The position numbers and the translations under genes are program-made. A model generated the notes under the pieces. The model saw only the letters and a program-made list of their open reading frames with translations. It was not told the origin of the DNA and searched no databases. From positions 930,001-994,000 of the forward strand of contig CATNEN010000025.1 in NCBI GenBank assembly GCA_950097015.1: 64,000 nucleotides of DNA, given 5' to 3'. Of the stretch, positions 1 to 11,690 are shown in pieces. This DNA comes from Macrostomum hystrix (lineage: Eukaryota > Animalia > Platyhelminthes). Within the stretch, counting starts at the first letter, position 1. Each line of letters starts with the position of its first letter.

Positions 1-175
1 GCTTCCTAACAGGCGAAAGAAGCAGACCCGATGCTGACACGACAATGCTAGTTTTTTTGCTCAACTTTCTATAGCACTTCGTTTGACACGTGGAGCACGT
101 ATTGTGTATTTATTCTCATGAACTGATGAGCATGCTTTCTTAAAGTATGAGTACAGTATGAGTACGACTTAGAAT

Positions 176-352
176 CCCTGAGCTCGGCGAGGCCACATTC
201 CGTGGAAAGAAGGCTTTGAGGACCTAAGAGTATACACAGCCTGAGGGTGAGAAAGTCAGGGCAGATGAGCACCCCTGTGTGCGTGTGTGCTCAGGAGTCG
301 GTGGAATGGGCAGAATTGCCTCCTCGCTAGCTGCGGCTCTAGTGTCACCACA
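176..352 (+). mobile_element. SINE-like dispersed repeat, family B (partial copy)
   Basis: Shares blocks ccctgagctc..gcgaggccacattc, gagaaagtcagggcag, gtgtgcgtgtgtgctcaggagtc and gcagaattgcc..ctagtgtcacc with the copy at ~12470-12790. Confidence 0.6.
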
Positions 353-1409
353 TGATGTGTGATGATGTGTATCGCACCTTGATTACGTAATCACGACGCC
401 CCGATTATAAAAATCGGCACATCACGGATTGATTAAATCCTGCGTTAATAAACTCTTCTTCGGACAGGAAATTAAACAGGATTTCTGATGGCTACCTTTG
501 TTCCACTGGCAATGCGACGCCCGTGTAATATACAAAGAAAGTTGGAACGCTTCAGACTCTTACTCTCCTTTGTGCCTACGCGCTGCAGTAAGTGCCTTTG
601 GGATGCCGAAGTTATGAAGCGCACGGTTGCAGAACTCTGGGATCATACAGCAGTCAATTATCCCAGATCCCCTCATCTCGCGTGTGAGCGCTGCGATCGT
701 GATATACAAAAAAGAGAGATTAAAAAGCTAGAAGTTATGCAAAGTTTCATTGCACAGGTATGTTTTGCATTGAGTCCCCGTCCTGAATCTAACACAGACT
801 CAAGGGTTATCCGTCACAAACTGAACAAAAAGAGATTTCAGATTGGGCTCTCGGGGATCAAAGGTAGGGAGCGGCCTACTATATAGCCGCTGGGAGATGT
901 GACTAGGCTAAAATACGCGTTCGCGGTCATATCTTCCCATGTCCGGTCCTGCTTCCCCCCCATCCTCCCATCCCTTCAGTAGCCGACCAATTGGCGGCTG
1001 GGAGATTTTGAAGCTCTAGCTTTTTTATCCCCAAAAGCAGCCCCCCAACCGGCTGCCTGGCTGTAAGCGCTCTTCCCCAAACTCCTTCCCTGCGTTTGAG
1101 CTTGTATTAAAGTCATTTAGACGTTGAGTTCTCGCCTACGTATTGCAGATGTAGTGCATCATCGCAGAACTGCGTGCATGTAGATTTACTGTCTTAAAAT
1201 GTGATTTGTTTGTTATTTTATCGTTTACATATGTATAATATGTGCTTATTCTGTTGCCCTACAATTTAATTCTGTGTTTTATTGGTACCGATTCGCAGAT
1301 CTCAGTTGCTAAGGTAAGCATTCTGCAGCATATTGTGCCGATATACTTTGCAAGTTAATTGTTGCTTGACGATAATACTTTGTTTAGGAAGAGAGCAGAG
1401 GATAGCAGG

Positions 1410-2140
1410 GAGTAGATCAGTAGGATGGGACTAGATCAGGGGAGAGAATAGAAGGGACTAGATCAGGGGAGAGGATAGGATGGGACTAGATCGGAGAGGA
1501 TAGGATGGGACTAGATCAGGGGAGAGGATAGGATGGGACTAGATCAGGGGAGAGGATAGAAGGGACTAGATCAGGGGAGAGGATAGAAGGGACTAGATCA
1601 GGGGAGAGGATAGGATGGGACTAGATCAGGGGAGAGGATAGGATGGGACTAGATCAGGGGAGAGGATAGGATGGGACTAGATCAGGGGAGAGGATAGAAG
1701 GACTAGATCAGGGGAGAGGATAGAAGGGACTAGATCAGGGGAGAGGATAGGATGGGACTAGATCAGGGGAGAGGATAGGATGGGACTAGATCAGGGGAGA
1801 GGATAGGATGGGACTAGATCAGGGGAGAGGATAGAAGGGACTAGATCAGGGGAGAGGATAGGATGGGACTAGATCAGGGGAGAGGATAGAAGGGACTAGA
1901 TCAGGGGAGAGGATAGGATGGGACTAGATCAGGAGAGAGGATAGGATGGGACTAGATCAGGGGAGAGGATAGGATGGGACTAGATCAGGGGAGAGGATAG
2001 GATGGGACTAGATCAGGGGAGAGGATAGAAGGGACTAGATCAGGGGAGAGGATAGGATGGGACTAGATCAGGGGAGAGGATAGGATGGGACTAGATCAGG
2101 GGAGAGGATAGAAGGGACTAGATCAGGGGAGAGGATAGGA
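1410..2140. repeat. 28-bp tandem minisatellite (ggggagaggataggatgggactagatca)
   Basis: Direct reading; period 28 (taggatggga at 1501 and 1529). Confidence 0.95.
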
Positions 2141-2793
2141 GGAATTTATCTGCAAAAGGAAAGCAATTTAATATTTTTAAGTGGCTTTTGAAACACAAAA
2201 ACTGTGAAGTGACAGGAGGTAGAGTCAAGTACCGAGTGACGTGTCGTTTGACGCTGATAACTCAAGTTAGCAATTAATAAGTTAAATATACGAGTATACA
2301 CAGTAGTCAGATGGTTTTCTGCAGGTGAGTTGGCTCAATTTTTTCTATTTGGAATTTAATTATCGCGGTTGTTCACAGCAACTAAATGAGGTCCTGGATA
2401 CTAAGGTAGCGCTGAATTATTAACTAACAGCAGCCAGTTCGCTGTATCGATTGGCCAAGGAAGCAGAAATAATCTATTTGAAAAGAAACGCATTCGTTAT
2501 TCTTGACTAGAAAAAGCATTGACAGGGTTCTATGCATAAACACTGTAAACACAAATGGATTTGTCTGTTGAATGAGGATCTCATTCACTTCACCGGTTCT
2601 CACCGGTTAAAAAATGTGTTTTACCTGTTAGCAACTGGTTTTACCTGTTTCGCATGGTTTTGATCGAGACAGATTCTTCATCATTATATATATTGAGTTG
2701 CCAGCTTACCTGACCTAAAATGAGCATAAATTAAGTATAGTAAAGTTTCTTTCTATTCCAAACTTTTCGACACTGCAACCCAGAAGCAGCAAA

Positions 2794-3858
2794 ATGAGAG
2801 AACATCTGCTCCTGCTACTGCTTCTACAAACAACGGCGGCGACATCAAAGAGCGACACAGAGAGCTCGATAGACGACTGCGGCTCCTGCAGATTCTCGCC
2901 CGCCGCCGACGCCTCCGCTGCGATTCCCGCATGCAGCTGCGATTCCGTCTGTCAGCGGCTGGGCGACTGCTGCGCTGACGCAACCATCGACACGGACACT
3001 TCATCGATGATCAACCAGCTGCCGATGTCCTGCCAGCCTCTGATTGGCTACTTCGCCACACCGCTAGCCGGCATTAGTAACGCTGGCCTAGCAACGGTTG
3101 CTAGGTGCGTCAGCGTCCACCATCCGCTGGACGATCTGTGCCGCCTCGGGCCAGCACTTCCCGTTGTCGCGGATGGCCTGCTGTTTCGCAATCCCGCCTG
3201 CTCGACCTGCCACGGGCGTCGATTCGAGGCGCCGAAGCAACTCGGCGATCTGGGAAGCGGACTCGAACCGCCCGCTAGCCTTCGATCCTGCTGGCTGAAG
3301 GTGATCGCCGACTGTCCAGATCAGTGGTGGAACTCATCCACAGCTTCGTCTGTCATCGACCCTAGACTCTGGCAGGCCAGGTGGAAGGTCTGGGACGCCT
3401 GCAACGAGGGCCCATTCAGTCCACATCGAGGCGGCCTGGATGGCGGCGGCGGCCCTGTTTACCGCAACCGGCACTGCGCGCTTTGCCACCAGGTTGTGCT
3501 GCCGGTCTGCCAGGAGGGCCTGTCAACGGCGGAGCGTAGCGAGCGCGGCTATTCTCAGCAGCCGCCGTCGCATCTGCCGGCGCCGTTCTGGAGTCTCGAA
3601 GCGGCCATGGAGGAAGTCGCGCGCGGCCATAACGCAGCGACTCTGCCGCGGCTTTGACACTGCCGACGACATCGTCAAAGAGTTCGGACCGGCGGCGGCG
3701 CTGACGTTTCAGTTCGACAGTCTGAGTTGCCGGCCGCAGCTGGTACTGCAGAGTGGAGCGAATTGTAGCAGCCTGGTGTCAGCGAGGTGGGACTCAGCCG
3801 CTGGTGGGAACAACAGCTCCGCACTCACTCACGGGATTCTCCTACTCGGTGGGAAACA
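2794..3858 (+). CDS. Exon 1 of a putative somatomedin-B (SMB) domain, secretin/adhesion-like GPCR; contains an apparent +1 frameshift near 3610-3650
   Basis: Signal peptide MREHLLLLLLLQTTAA; SMB-type motif C..C..CSCDSVCQRLGDCCAD; two Cys-rich repeats (FRNPACSTCH, YRNRHCALCH). This frame stops at 3657, but the +1 frame continues (QRLCRGFDTADD...LLLGGK) to a donor CA|GTGAGT after 3858 (phase 2). Confidence 0.65.
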
Positions 3859-3892
3859 GTGAGTCTGGCAGCTGAGGAAGCTATTGGGGATA

Positions 3893-4330
3893 GGAGAGGA
3901 GAGGAGATGAGATTAGCGAGAGGAGAGGAGAGGAGATGAGAGGAGAGGAGATGAGATGAGATTAGATTAGATGACAATGAGATTAGAGGAGAGGAGAGAA
4001 GAGGAGAGGAGAGGAGATGAGATTAGAGGAGAGGAGAGGAGAGGAGATTAGATGAGATGAGATTAGAGGAGAGGAGAGGAGAGGAGAGGAGAGGAGATTA
4101 GATGAGATGAGATTAGAGGAGAGGAGAGGAGAGGAGAGGAGAGGAGAGGAGATGAGATTAGAGGAGAGGAGAGGAGAGGAGAGGAGAGAAGAGGAGAGGA
4201 GAGGAGATGAGAGGAGAGGAGAGGAGATGAGATTAGAGGAGAGGAGATGAGATGAGATGAGATGAGATGAGATGAGATGAGATGAGATGAGAGGAGAGGA
4301 GAGGAGAGGGGGAGAGGAGAGGAGAGGAAG
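3893..4330. repeat. Pentanucleotide microsatellite (GAGAG/GAGAT)n
   Basis: Direct reading. Confidence 0.95.
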
Positions 4331-5400
4331 GGGAAGGATAGGTAGGTTTATTGATAAATGAACGGTAGCAGTAAACCAATTTATTCTTGTTCTAAATTTG
4401 AAGGCCAGATCAAAGCACTTTCTTTATTTTGAATGACAGCTGGTGTGGGTTTGTGTGTGTGATCTTTCCGCCCAGACCAAGCCATCCGCGTGGATTGACA
4501 GTAATTAGGTGTAGCAAATCATTGTATCACTGTGCGGATAATATTTTTCTATACATTTATTTAGCTGGTACTAACTGGCAATGCACATCTGTCGATGTCG
4601 CTAATACCATTTTTCTAATTTGAGTTCTTTTTTCAGTTAAATCGAGACCAATATCTCGATGCTCTGGGTTGACTGGGATATCTAGGATGGGAATTGGGGA
4701 ATTGGGATTACACGAGAGGCCTTGTGGGGATTTAAATTGTATTTGAACTGAGCGACTTTTTTATTTATAGGATTAAATGCTGGGTCAAAGCAAGCACTAA
4801 ACCAGAGCCACTAAAGCCGCACAGCTAGTAACCTTTCTTGCCTGTGTCGCAGTCTCAAATAACTGCGCTGCTTCTACTAGTGTGTCCGGCTTGGCATGAA
4901 AATAATAATCCCCTTAATTGCTTGACAAATATATTATTTTTTGTCTCCCCGCATTGACAATGGTTTGGCGAGCTTATCGCATATAGTACATCGGCTGTTT
5001 ATACATTATTGAGAATATGAAATAACTGCATCTGACAATCGCTCTGTCTGTCCCATGCGTTAGTCTAGCAAATTGCGGTAAACACACAGACCGATTTGTC
5101 TTTTAGCAGAGATAGAGAAATAGCAGAGATTTTACTGCGACAAATCACAGAGCCCGATGTGGCGGAGATCAGAGTTGGGGCTCTCTACGTATGATATCAA
5201 GCTTTGTGTGTGTCTGTGTGTTTGTGTGGCAAAAACCGGATATAACTGGATGTTGAGCATAGCTGTATGGCAGTAATTGAGCCAGCTCTTCACAAAAGGA
5301 TAAATTATTATACACTGATACAGTATATGCCGCCTACATATGGTGCAAATGAAAATCATTAACTCTTTGTTGCTACAAAAAAGTTAGCATGAAAACAGAA

Positions 5401-7233
5401 AGGGAGATGCAGCAGTGCAGGTGGGGAAGGAGGCTTGGAGGGAGATGCAGCAGTGCAGGTGGGGAAGGAGGCTTGGAGGGAGATGCAGCAGTGCAGGTGG
5501 GGAAGGAGGCTTGGAGGGAGATGCAGCAGTGCAGGTGGGGAAGGAGGCTTGGAGGGAGATGCAGCAGCGGTGCAGGGAAGGAGGCTTGGAGGGAGATGCA
5601 GCATTGGTGGGGAAGGAGGCTTGGAGGGAGATGCAGCATTGGTGGGGAAGGAGGCTTGGAGGGAGATGCAGCAGTGCAGGTGGGGAAGGAGGCTTGGAGG
5701 GAGATGAAGCAGCGGTGCAGGGAAGGAGGCTTGGAGGGAGATGCAGCAGTGCAGGTGGGGAAGGAGGCTTGGAGGGAGATGCAGCAGTGCAGGTGGGGAA
5801 GGAGGCTTGGAGGGAGATGCAGCAGTGCAGGTGGGGAAGGAGGCTTGGAGGGAGATGCAGCAGTGCAGGTGGGGAAGGAGGCTTGGAGGGAGATGCAGCA
5901 GTGCAGGTGGGGAAGGAGGCTTGGAGGGAGATGCAGCAGCGGTGCAGGGAAGGAGGCTTGGAGGGAGATGCAGCATTGGTGGGGAAGGAGGCTTGGAGGG
6001 AGATGAAGCAGCGGTGCAGGGAAGGAGGCTTGGAGGGAGATGCAGCATTGGTGGGGAAGGAGGCTTGGAGGGAGATGCAGCATTGGTGGGGAAGGAGGCT
6101 TGGAGGGAGATGCAGCAGTGGTAGGGAAGGAGGCTTGGAGGGAGATGCAGCATTGGTGGGGAAGGAGGCTTGGAGGGAGATGAAGCAGCGGTGCAGGGAA
6201 GGAGGCTTGGAGGGAGATGCAGCATTGGTGGGGAAGGAGGCTTGGAGGGAGATGCAGCATTGGTGGGGAAGGAGGCTTGGAGGGAGATGCAGCATTGGTG
6301 GGGAAGGAGGCTTGGAGGGAGATGCAGCATTGGTGGGGAAGGAGGCTTGGAGGGAGATGCAGCATTGGTAGGGAAGGAGGCTTGGAGGGAGATGCAGCAG
6401 TGCAGGTGGGGAAGGAGGCTTGGAGGGAGATGCAGCAGTGCAGGTGGGGAAGGAGGCTTGGAGGGAGATGCAGCAGTGGTAGGGAAGGAGGCTTGGAGGG
6501 AGATGCAGCATTGGTGGGGAAGGAGGCTTGGAGGGAGATGAAGCAGCGGTGCAGGGAAGGAGGCTTGGAGGGAGATGCAGCATTGGTGGGGAAGGAGGCT
6601 TGGAGGGAGATGCAGCATTGGTGGGGAAGGAGGCTTGGAGGGAGATGCAGCATTGGTGGGGAAGGAGGCTTGGAGGGAGATGCAGCATTGGTGGGGAAGG
6701 AGGCTTGGAGGGAGATGCAGCATTGGTAGGGAAGGAGGCTTGGAGGGAGATGCAGCAGTGCAGGTGGGGAAGGAGGCTTGGAGGGAGATGCAGCAGTGCA
6801 GGTGGGGAAGGAGGCTTGGAGGGAGATGCAGCAGTGGTGGGGAAGGAGGCTTGGAGGGAGATGCAGCAGTGGTGGGGAAGGAGGCTTGGAGGGAGATGCA
6901 GCATTGGTGGGGAAGGAGGCTTGGAGGGAGATGCAGCATTGGTGGGGAAGGAGGCTTGGAGGGAGATGCAGCATTGGTGGGGAAGGAGGCTTGGAGGGAG
7001 ATGCAGCAGTGGTGGGGAAGGAGGCTTGGAGGGAGATGCAGCAGTGGTGGGGAAGGAGGCTTGGAGGGAGATGCAGCATTGGTGGGGAAGGAGGCTTGGA
7101 GGGAGATGCAGCATTGGTGGGGAAGGAGGCTTGGAGGGAGATGCAGCAGTGGTGGGGAAGGAGGCTTGGAGGGAGATGAAGCAGCGTTGCAGGGAAGGAG
7201 GCTTGGAGGGAGATGCAGCATTGGTGGGGAAGG
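5401..7233. repeat. 35-38-bp G-rich tandem minisatellite (ggggaaggaggcttggagggagatgcagca[gtgcaggt/ttggt])
   Basis: Direct reading; the many long ORFs here are translations of the repeat. Confidence 0.95.
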
Positions 7234-7714
7234 AAGCGACAAGCGAGGTGGAGTTGTCAGAGCGTCAGAGCAGGAGTCAGAGCAATTAGCAAAGTGCCAC
7301 CCCTTGCGTCCGTGACGCGGCATCCAAAAAAGTTGGCACGCCCCGAAAAATTTGATGCAGTGGTAGCTCTCAGTTTCCGAGTTGAATCTGATTTATTGAC
7401 GCGCTCTCTCTTATCTGTCTAGAGCTGAGTTGTTCAGATTTTTCTCATAAAACCGATAATCAACATGAGATCTGTCAGTCTGGCTGTCTAGATAACAAGC
7501 GGACATTTATGATTATTAGAAAAGCTCTTCACTTGATAAAGTGCGCCTTGCGCCTTCTTCATTCATTTTTAAGAGGCTATAACAGTCGAGCTTATCTTTA
7601 TCTGCGTTGAGCTTATCTTGTTAAAAGAACATTTTTCGTTGAAGTGTCCAGACATCGAGCAATTAATCGCATCTAAATATTGTACGTTTTGTGAACTGTA
7701 TCAGCTGGTATTGG

Positions 7715-10700
7715 GTACTGGCCTAGGAGTGAGTGTCATTGTTTGGTATTGGTCATTAGTCTGGGAGTGAGTGTCATTGGTTGTTATTGCCCATTAGTCT
7801 GAGAGTGAGTGTCATTGGTTGGTATTGGTCATTAGTCTGGGAGTGAGTGTCATTGGTTGGTATTGGTCATTAGTCTGGGAGTGAGTGTCATTGGTTGATA
7901 TTGGTCATTAGTCTGGGAGTGAGTGCTCATTGGTTAGTATTGGTCATTAGTCTGGGAGTGAGTGTCATTGGTTGGTATTGGTCATTAGTCTGGGAGTGAG
8001 TGTCATTGGTTGGTATTGGTCATTAGTCTGGGAGTGAGTGTAATTGGTTGGTATTGGTGGCTGGCCTTGGAGTGAGTGTCATTGGTTGGTATTGGTGGCT
8101 GGCCTTGGAGTGAGTGTCATTGGTTGGTATTGGTGGCTGGCCTTGGAGTGAGTGTCATTGGTTGGTATTGGTGGCTGGCCTTGGAGTGAGTGTCATTGGT
8201 TGGTATTGGTGGCTGGCCTTGGAGTGAGTGTCATTGGTTGGTATTGGTGGCTGGCCTTGGAGTGAGTGTAACACGCGGTGTTTGGCGGTGTGAAACCAGA
8301 TTCTACGAAGGCCCCGTGAGGCCGTGCTTGTTGTATTTATGTCAGTTGCGATTACGTAATCAGCGATGTACAGTAATGAACGATGTTAAACGAACGAACA
8401 GCAAATACGATAGAATGATTCAGCAAATTATTAGAAAGATTGTTAACATTCAAAAACTGCCTCAAAGGCTAGGAATAAAAACCATTACATCATTGGTTGG
8501 TATTGGTCATTAGTCTGGGAGTGAGTGTCATTGGTTGGTATTGGTGATTAGTCTGGGAGTGAGTGTAATTGGTTGGTATTCGTGATTAGTCTGAGAGTGA
8601 GTGTCATTGGTTGGTATTGGTGATTAGTCTGGGAGTGAGTGCTCATTGGTTGGTATTGGTCATTAGTCTGGGAGTGAGTGTCATTGGTTGGTATTGGTCA
8701 TTAGTCTGGGAGTGAGTGTCATTGGTTGGTATTGGTCATTAGTCTGGGAGTGAGTCTCATTGGTTGGTATTGGTCATTAGTCTGGGAGTGAGTGTAATTG
8801 GTTGGTATTGGTCATTAGTCTGGGAGTGAGTGTCATTGGTTGGTATTGGTCATTAGTCTGGGAGTGAGTGTCATTGGTTGGTATTGGTCATTAGTCTGGG
8901 AGTGAGTGTCATTGGTTGGTATTGGTCATTAGTCTGGGAGTGAGTGCTCATTGGTTGGTATTGGTCATTAGTCTGGGAGTGAGTGTCATTGGTTGATATT
9001 GGTCATTAGTCTGGGAGTGAGTCTCATTGGTTGGTATTGGTCATTAGTCTGGGAGTGAGTGTAATTGGTTGGTATTGGTCATTAGTCTGGGAGTGAGTGT
9101 CATTGGTTGGTATTGGTCATTAGTCTGGGAGTGAGTGTAATTGGTTGGTATTGGTCATTAGTCTGGGAGTGAGTGTAATTGGTTGGTATTGGTCATTAGT
9201 CTGGGAGTGAGTGTCATTGGTTGGTATTGGTCATTAGTCTGGGAGTGAGTGTAATTGGTTGGTATTGGTCATTAGTCTGGGAGTGAGTGTAATTGGTTGG
9301 TATTGGTCATTAGTCTGGGAGTGAGTGTAATTGGTTGGTATTGCCCATTAGTCTGGGAGTGAGTGTAATTGGTTGGTATTGCCCATTAGTCTGGGAGTGA
9401 GTGTAATTGGTTGGTATTGGTCATTAGTCTGGGAGTGAGTGTCATTGGTTGGTATTGGTCATTAGTCTGGGAGTGAGTGTAATTGGTTGGTATTGGTCAT
9501 TAGTCTGGGAGTGAGTCTCATTGGTTGGTATTGGTCATTAGTCTGGGAGTGAGTGTCATTGGTTGGTATTGGTCATTAGTCTGGGAGTGAGTGTAATTGG
9601 TTGGTATTGGTCATTAGTCTGGGAGTGAGTGTAATTGGTTGGTATTGGTCATTAGTCTGGGAGTGAGTGTCATTGGTTGGTATTGGTCATTAGTCTGGGA
9701 GTGAGTGTCATTGGTTGGTATTGGTCATTAGTCTGGGAGTGAGTGCTCATTGGTTGGTATTGGTCATTAGTCTGGGAGTGAGTGTCATTGGTTGATATTG
9801 GTCATTAGTCTGGGAGTGAGTCTCATTGGTTGGTATTGGTCATTAGTCTGGGAGTGAGTGTAATTGGTTGGTATTGGTCATTAGTCTGGGAGTGAGTGTC
9901 ATTGGTTGGTATTGGTCATTAGTCTGGGAGTGAGTGTCATTGGTTGGTATTGGTCATTAGTCTGGGAGTGAGTGTAATTGGTTGGTATTGGTCATTAGTC
10001 TGGGAGTGAGTGTAATTGGTTGGTATTGGTCATTAGTCTGGGAGTGAGTGTCATTGGTTGGTATTGGTCATTAGTCTGGGAGTGAGTGTCATTGGTTGGT
10101 ATTGGTCATTAGTCTGGGAGTGAGTGCTCATTGGTTGGTATTGGTCATTAGTCTGGGAGTGAGTGTCATTGGTTGGTATTGGTCATTAGTCTGGGAGTGA
10201 GTGTCATTGGTTGGTATTGGTCATTAGTCTGGGAGTGAGTGTAATTGGTTGGTATTGGTCATTAGTCTGGGAGTGAGTGTCATTGGTTGGTATTGGTCAT
10301 TAGTCTGGAAGTGAGTGTCATTGGTTGGTATTGGTCATTAGTCTGGGAGTGAGTGTCATTGGTTGGTATTGGTCATTAGTCTGGGAGTGAGTGTCATTGG
10401 TTAGTATTGGTCATTAGTCTGGGAGTGAGTGTCATTGGTTGGTATTGGTCATTAGTCTGGAAGTGAGTGTCATTGGTTGTTATTGCCCATTAGTCTGGGA
10501 GTGAGTGTCATTGGTTGTTATTGCCCATTAGTCTGAGAGTGAGTGTCATTGGTTGATATTGGTCATTAGTCTGAGAGTGAGTGTCATTGGTTGGTATTGG
10601 CCATTAGTCTGGGAGTGAGTGTCATTGGTTGATATTGGTCATTAGTCTGGGAGTGAGTCTCATTGGTTGGTATTCGTCATTAGTCTGGGAGTGAGTGTCA

Positions 10701-11400
10701 TTGGTTGGTATTGGTTGTTGGTCTGAGAGTGAGTGTCATTGGTTGGTATTGGTCATTAGTCTGGGAGTGAGTCTCATTGGTTGGTATTGGTCATTAGTCT
10801 GAGAGTGAGTCTCATTGGTTGGTATTGGTCATTAGTCTGGGAGTGAGTGTCATTGGTTGGTATTGGTCATTAGTCTGGGAGTGAGTCTTATTGGTTGGTA
10901 TTGGTCATTAGTCTGGGAGTGAGTGTCATTGGTTGGTATTGGTCATTAGTCTGGGAGTGAGTCTTATTGGTTGGTATTGGTCATTAGTCTGGGAGTGAGT
11001 GTCATTGGTTGGTATTGGTGGCTGGCCTTGGAGTGAGTGTCATCGGTTGGTATTGTTTGCTGACCTGGCAGTGAGTGTCATTGGTTGGTATTGGTTGTTT
11101 GTCTGAGTGTGAGTGTCATTGGTCGGTATTGGTTGTTGGTCTGAGAGTGAGTGTCATTGGTTGGTATTGGTTGTTTGTCTGAGTGTGAGTGTCATTGGTT
11201 GGTATTGGTTGTTGGTCTGAGAGTGAGTGTCATTGGTTGGTATTGGTTGTTGGCCTGGGAGTGAGTGTCATTGGTTGGTATTGGTCATTAGTCTGGGAGT
11301 GAGTGTCATTGGTTGGTATTGGTCATTAGTCTGGGAGTGATTGTTTATTGGTTGGTATTGGTCATTAGTCTGGGAGTGATTGTTTATTGGTTGGTATCGG
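7715..11400. repeat. 38-bp tandem minisatellite (gggagtgagtgtcattggttggtattggtcattagtct), interrupted at 8267-8489
   Basis: Direct reading; about 90 units, with variant units near both ends. Confidence 0.95.
8267..8489 (+). mobile_element. 223-bp solo-LTR-like insertion inside the minisatellite
   Basis: Unique sequence bounded by TGTAA...TTACA inverted termini, with AATAAA just upstream of the 3' end; no clear TSD. Confidence 0.55.
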
Positions 11401-11690
11401 TGGTTGGTCCGAACCTTTCTTGTGGCAGAAAGCTGGCGAATGAAAAAATAACAAAAATTGGTGTGATTTTTGCCTAATTACTGACAACAATTTCGATCTT
11501 AAAACATTTTCTTGTAGCTTCTAATAACAAAACATGTCATTTGTGCACACACGCACATTGGCTGTGCTGTTCTAGTTGATCATTGTACAAAGTTGTCTAA
11601 AATATCTTCAGAATAGCTTTTATCGGGGACAAAACTGAATGGCCAATTTCAAATTTCAAATTTCAAATTTCAACTTTTTGATTCCAATTT

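Noticed and set aside
488-886. 132-aa ORF with two CxxC motifs
   Set aside because: No recognisable domain, splice context or exon-like composition; it may be a decayed repeat fragment.
5359-7323. Many long ORFs (up to 654 aa) on both strands
   Set aside because: They are translations of a stop-free 35-38-bp minisatellite. The same applies to ORFs at 19568-20206, 24524-25324, 27787-28917, 59139-60287 and 61202-62037.
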